DNA from: Alphaproteobacteria bacterium
GTDB taxonomy: Bacteria > Pseudomonadota > Alphaproteobacteria > Sphingomonadales > Sphingomonadaceae
Direction: 5' to 3'
Length of the DNA: 61,686 nucleotides
Assembly (NCBI GenBank): GCA_030431435.1
Contig: JAUIJI010000001.1
Coordinates: 1-61,686, forward strand
Positions 59,334 through 61,686 of the stretch are shown here, piece by piece. The notes below the pieces were generated by a model. The model ran no database searches and was not told the origin of the DNA. It worked only from the letters and a program-made list of their open reading frames with translations. Made by a program: the position numbers and the translations under genes. How positions within the stretch are numbered: the stretch's first letter is position 1; every line of letters starts with the position of its first letter.

Positions 59334-60514
59334 CGGCGGCTTCACGCCACTATGTGCTGGCAGCAGGCGGAACGGGCGGTCATCTGACGCCTGCATTCGC
59401 GCTTGCGGCAGAACTGCACCAGCGCGGCCATCACGTTGCGCTGATAACGGACGAGCGCGGGGCAGCCATCCCCGGCAAGCCCGATTTCCTGCCGGCGCAT
59501 ATCCTGCCCGCAGGCCGCTTCGGCAAGAACCCGCTGCGCTGGCCTGCCGGAATCAAGGCGGTGATGGCCGGGCGTGGCATGGCCCGGCGTTTGTACGACA
59601 CATTCCAGCCCAGCGCAGTCGTCGGTTTTGGCGGCTATCCCGCTTTGCCTGCACTGCTTGGTGCGAATGCTGAGGATATCCCCACCGTCATTCACGAACA
59701 GAACGCCGTGCTGGGCCGCGTCAACCGCCTGCTGGCTGGCCGGGTGGACGCAATCGCCACGGCTTACCCGGAAGTCGAGCGGCTGAAGCCCAAGCATTTC
59801 GAAAAGACGCATTTGGTCGGCAATCCGGTGCGCCCGGAAGTGCTTGTGCTGCGCGATGAGGACTTTCCCGCTTTCACCGCTGACGGGCTGTTTCGCGTAC
59901 TGGTGACAGGCGGAAGCCAAGGCGCGCGCGTGCTGTCCGAAGTGGTGCCCGATGGTCTGGCGATGCTGGCGCCTGCACTGCGCAGCCGCTTGCAGGTGAC
60001 GCAGCAGTGCCGCCCGGAAGACCTCGAGGCCGTGCGCGAGCGTTATGCCAGCCACGATATTCCCGCAGAACTGGGCACCTATTTCGAAGACATGCAGGCC
60101 CGCCTTGCGGATGCCCATCTGTTCATCGGTCGCGCCGGTGCCTCGACCATTGCCGAACTGACAGCAGTGGGCCGCCCTGCGATCCTCGTCCCGCTGCCGA
60201 TTGCCACCGACGATCACCAGGCCGCCAATGTCCGCGAAGTGGTGAAGGCCGGCGGTGCCCGCTCGATCCGCCAGCATGCCTTTAGCGCAAGTGAGCTTGC
60301 CAAGCAGATCAACGCCATGGCGCAGAAGCCCGAAACCCTCGCCAATGCTGCGCATGCCAGCTGGAACTGCGGCAGGCCCAAGGCTGCATCCGACCTGGCT
60401 GACTTGGTCGAGAGCTTTGGCGGCGCGCCTATCCAGGACGTGATCCGCGTGGGCGGAACCGAACGCAAGAGCGCGGACGGCGCTCCTGCTGCAGCCACAA
60501 GGGATCGCGCATGA
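59330..60514 (+). CDS. murG: Undecaprenyl-PP-MurNAc-pentapeptide GlcNAc transferase
   Basis: [30 protein letters not shown]. Confidence 0.97.
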   Translation: MTAASRHYVLAAGGTGGHLTPAFALAAELHQRGHHVALITDERGAAIPGKPDFLPAHILPAGRFGKNPLRWPAGIKAVMAGRGMARRLYDTFQPSAVVGFGGYPALPALLGANAEDIPTVIHEQNAVLGRVNRLLAGRVDAIATAYPEVERLKPKHFEKTHLVGNPVRPEVLVLRDEDFPAFTADGLFRVLVTGGSQGARVLSEVVPDGLAMLAPALRSRLQVTQQCRPEDLEAVRERYASHDIPAELGTYFEDMQARLADAHLFIGRAGASTIAELTAVGRPAILVPLPIATDDHQAANVREVVKAGGARSIRQHAFSASELAKQINAMAQKPETLANAAHASWNCGRPKAASDLADLVESFGGAPIQDVIRVGGTERKSADGAPAAATRDRA

Positions 60515-61686
60515 AGGGCGTCCCGACAGACATAGGCACGATCCATTTCGTCGGCATCGGCGGCATCGGCATGTCCGGTATTGCCGAGGTGATGGCGAAC
60601 CTGGGCTATAGCGTGCAGGGCAGCGATATTGCCGAAGGCGCCAGCGTGGAACGGCTGCGCGCGCGCGGGATCGAGGTGTTCGTCGGTCATGACGCAGCGA
60701 ACCTTGGCGATGCTGCCGTGGTGGTGACTTCGACAGCCGTGAAGCGCGACAACCCGGAAGTCGCCGCTGCAATCGAGAAGCGCATCCCCGTGGTCCGCCG
60801 TGCGGAAATGCTCGCTGAGCTGATGCGCCTCAAGTCCACCGTCGCGGTGGCTGGCACCCATGGCAAGACGACCACGACAAGCATGGTTGCGACCCTGCTC
60901 GATGCGGGCGGCGTAGACCCTACCGTGATCAATGGCGGGATCATCGAAAGCTATGGCTCCAACGCGCGGCTGGGTGACAGCGAGTGGATGGTGGTCGAAG
61001 CTGACGAGAGCGACGGCAGCTTCCTGCGGCTTGATGGCACGATCGCCGTCGTCACCAATATCGATCCAGAGCATCTTGACCATTACGGCAGCTTCGATGC
61101 GGTGAAGGATGCTTTCCTGCAGTTCATCGAGAACGTGCCCTTCTACGGCGCGGCGGTGCTGTGCATCGACCATCCCGAAGTGCAGAACGTGATCGCCCGC
61201 GTGCGCGACAGGCGCGTGATTACCTATGGCTTCAGCCCCCATGCCGATTTGCGCGCGGAGAACATCCGCAGCGAGGGCGGATCGACCCGCTTCGATGCTG
61301 TCAGCCGTGATCGCGACGGCAGGGAAACCACCATTGCCGATATCGTGCTGCCCATGCCGGGGCGGCACAATGTGCAGAACGCACTTGCGGCCATCGCCGT
61401 GGCGCTGGAAATGGGCTGCACCGCAGACACGATCCGCGCCGGTTTCGCGCGCTTTGGCGGGGTGCGTCGCCGCTTCACGCTGGCAGGTGAAGTCGATGGT
61501 GTGCGGGTGATCGATGACTACGCTCACCATCCGGTGGAAATCCGCGCCGTGCTTTCGGCTGCGCGCGATGCCGCGAAGGGCCGGGTGATCGCGGTGGTCC
61601 AGCCGCATCGCTACACCCGCCTGCGGGACTTGCTGGAGGAATTCCAGTCCTGCTTCGAACTGGTGGATGTTGTCTATGCAGCGCCG
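60511..61686 (+). CDS. murC: UDP-MurNAc--L-Ala ligase (runs off the window end)
   Basis: Not in the ORF track (no stop in the window). [54 protein letters not shown]. Confidence 0.97.
   Translation, partial: MKGVPTDIGTIHFVGIGGIGMSGIAEVMANLGYSVQGSDIAEGASVERLRARGIEVFVGHDAANLGDAAVVVTSTAVKRDNPEVAAAIEKRIPVVRRAEMLAELMRLKSTVAVAGTHGKTTTTSMVATLLDAGGVDPTVINGGIIESYGSNARLGDSEWMVVEADESDGSFLRLDGTIAVVTNIDPEHLDHYGSFDAVKDAFLQFIENVPFYGAAVLCIDHPEVQNVIARVRDRRVITYGFSPHADLRAENIRSEGGSTRFDAVSRDRDGRETTIADIVLPMPGRHNVQNALAAIAVALEMGCTADTIRAGFARFGGVRRRFTLAGEVDGVRVIDDYAHHPVEIRAVLSAARDAAKGRVIAVVQPHRYTRLRDLLEEFQSCFELVDVVYAAP

Overview
GC-rich alphaproteobacterial chromosome segment. Gene content, order and protein style point to Sphingomonadales, most likely Erythrobacteraceae (inference). 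It is mostly core genome. From left to right: a Tad/Cpa pilus cluster (tadC-tadB-cpaE-cpaD-cpaC-cpaB-cpaA, with no cpaF ATPase or flp pilin in the window); an alpha/beta hydrolase, an FAD oxidoreductase and a small YegP-like gene; ispH-thrB-rnhA; argS-SPOR-nagZ-scpAB-tatABC; an amidohydrolase, threonine ammonia-lyase, Bpt/ATE-like transferase and tamAB; a small accessory block (orphan GH24 lysozyme divergent from an XRE regulator plus membrane protein, with three palindromic operators between them); glnB-glnA, argC and an M17 peptidase; map, an NTF2-like protein, a cytochrome c, a GIY-YIG nuclease, ccmAB and phhB; an 883-aa secreted G8/beta-helix protein collinear with animal TMEM2/CEMIP; an S9 peptidase, alkA, ferredoxin and cysK; and the dcw cluster from mraZ to murC (truncated). 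I saw no rRNA, tRNA, CRISPR array, integrase or transposase. The strongest candidates for novelty are the TMEM2/CEMIP-like protein and the lysozyme/XRE/membrane-protein module. Several regulatory oddities also merit checking: a probable ATT start codon, NrdR-like boxes upstream of nagZ-scpAB, head-to-head 10-bp-periodic repeats upstream of mraZ, and a perfect 26-bp palindrome where cpaF usually sits. All family assignments come from reading motifs by eye, with no database searches.
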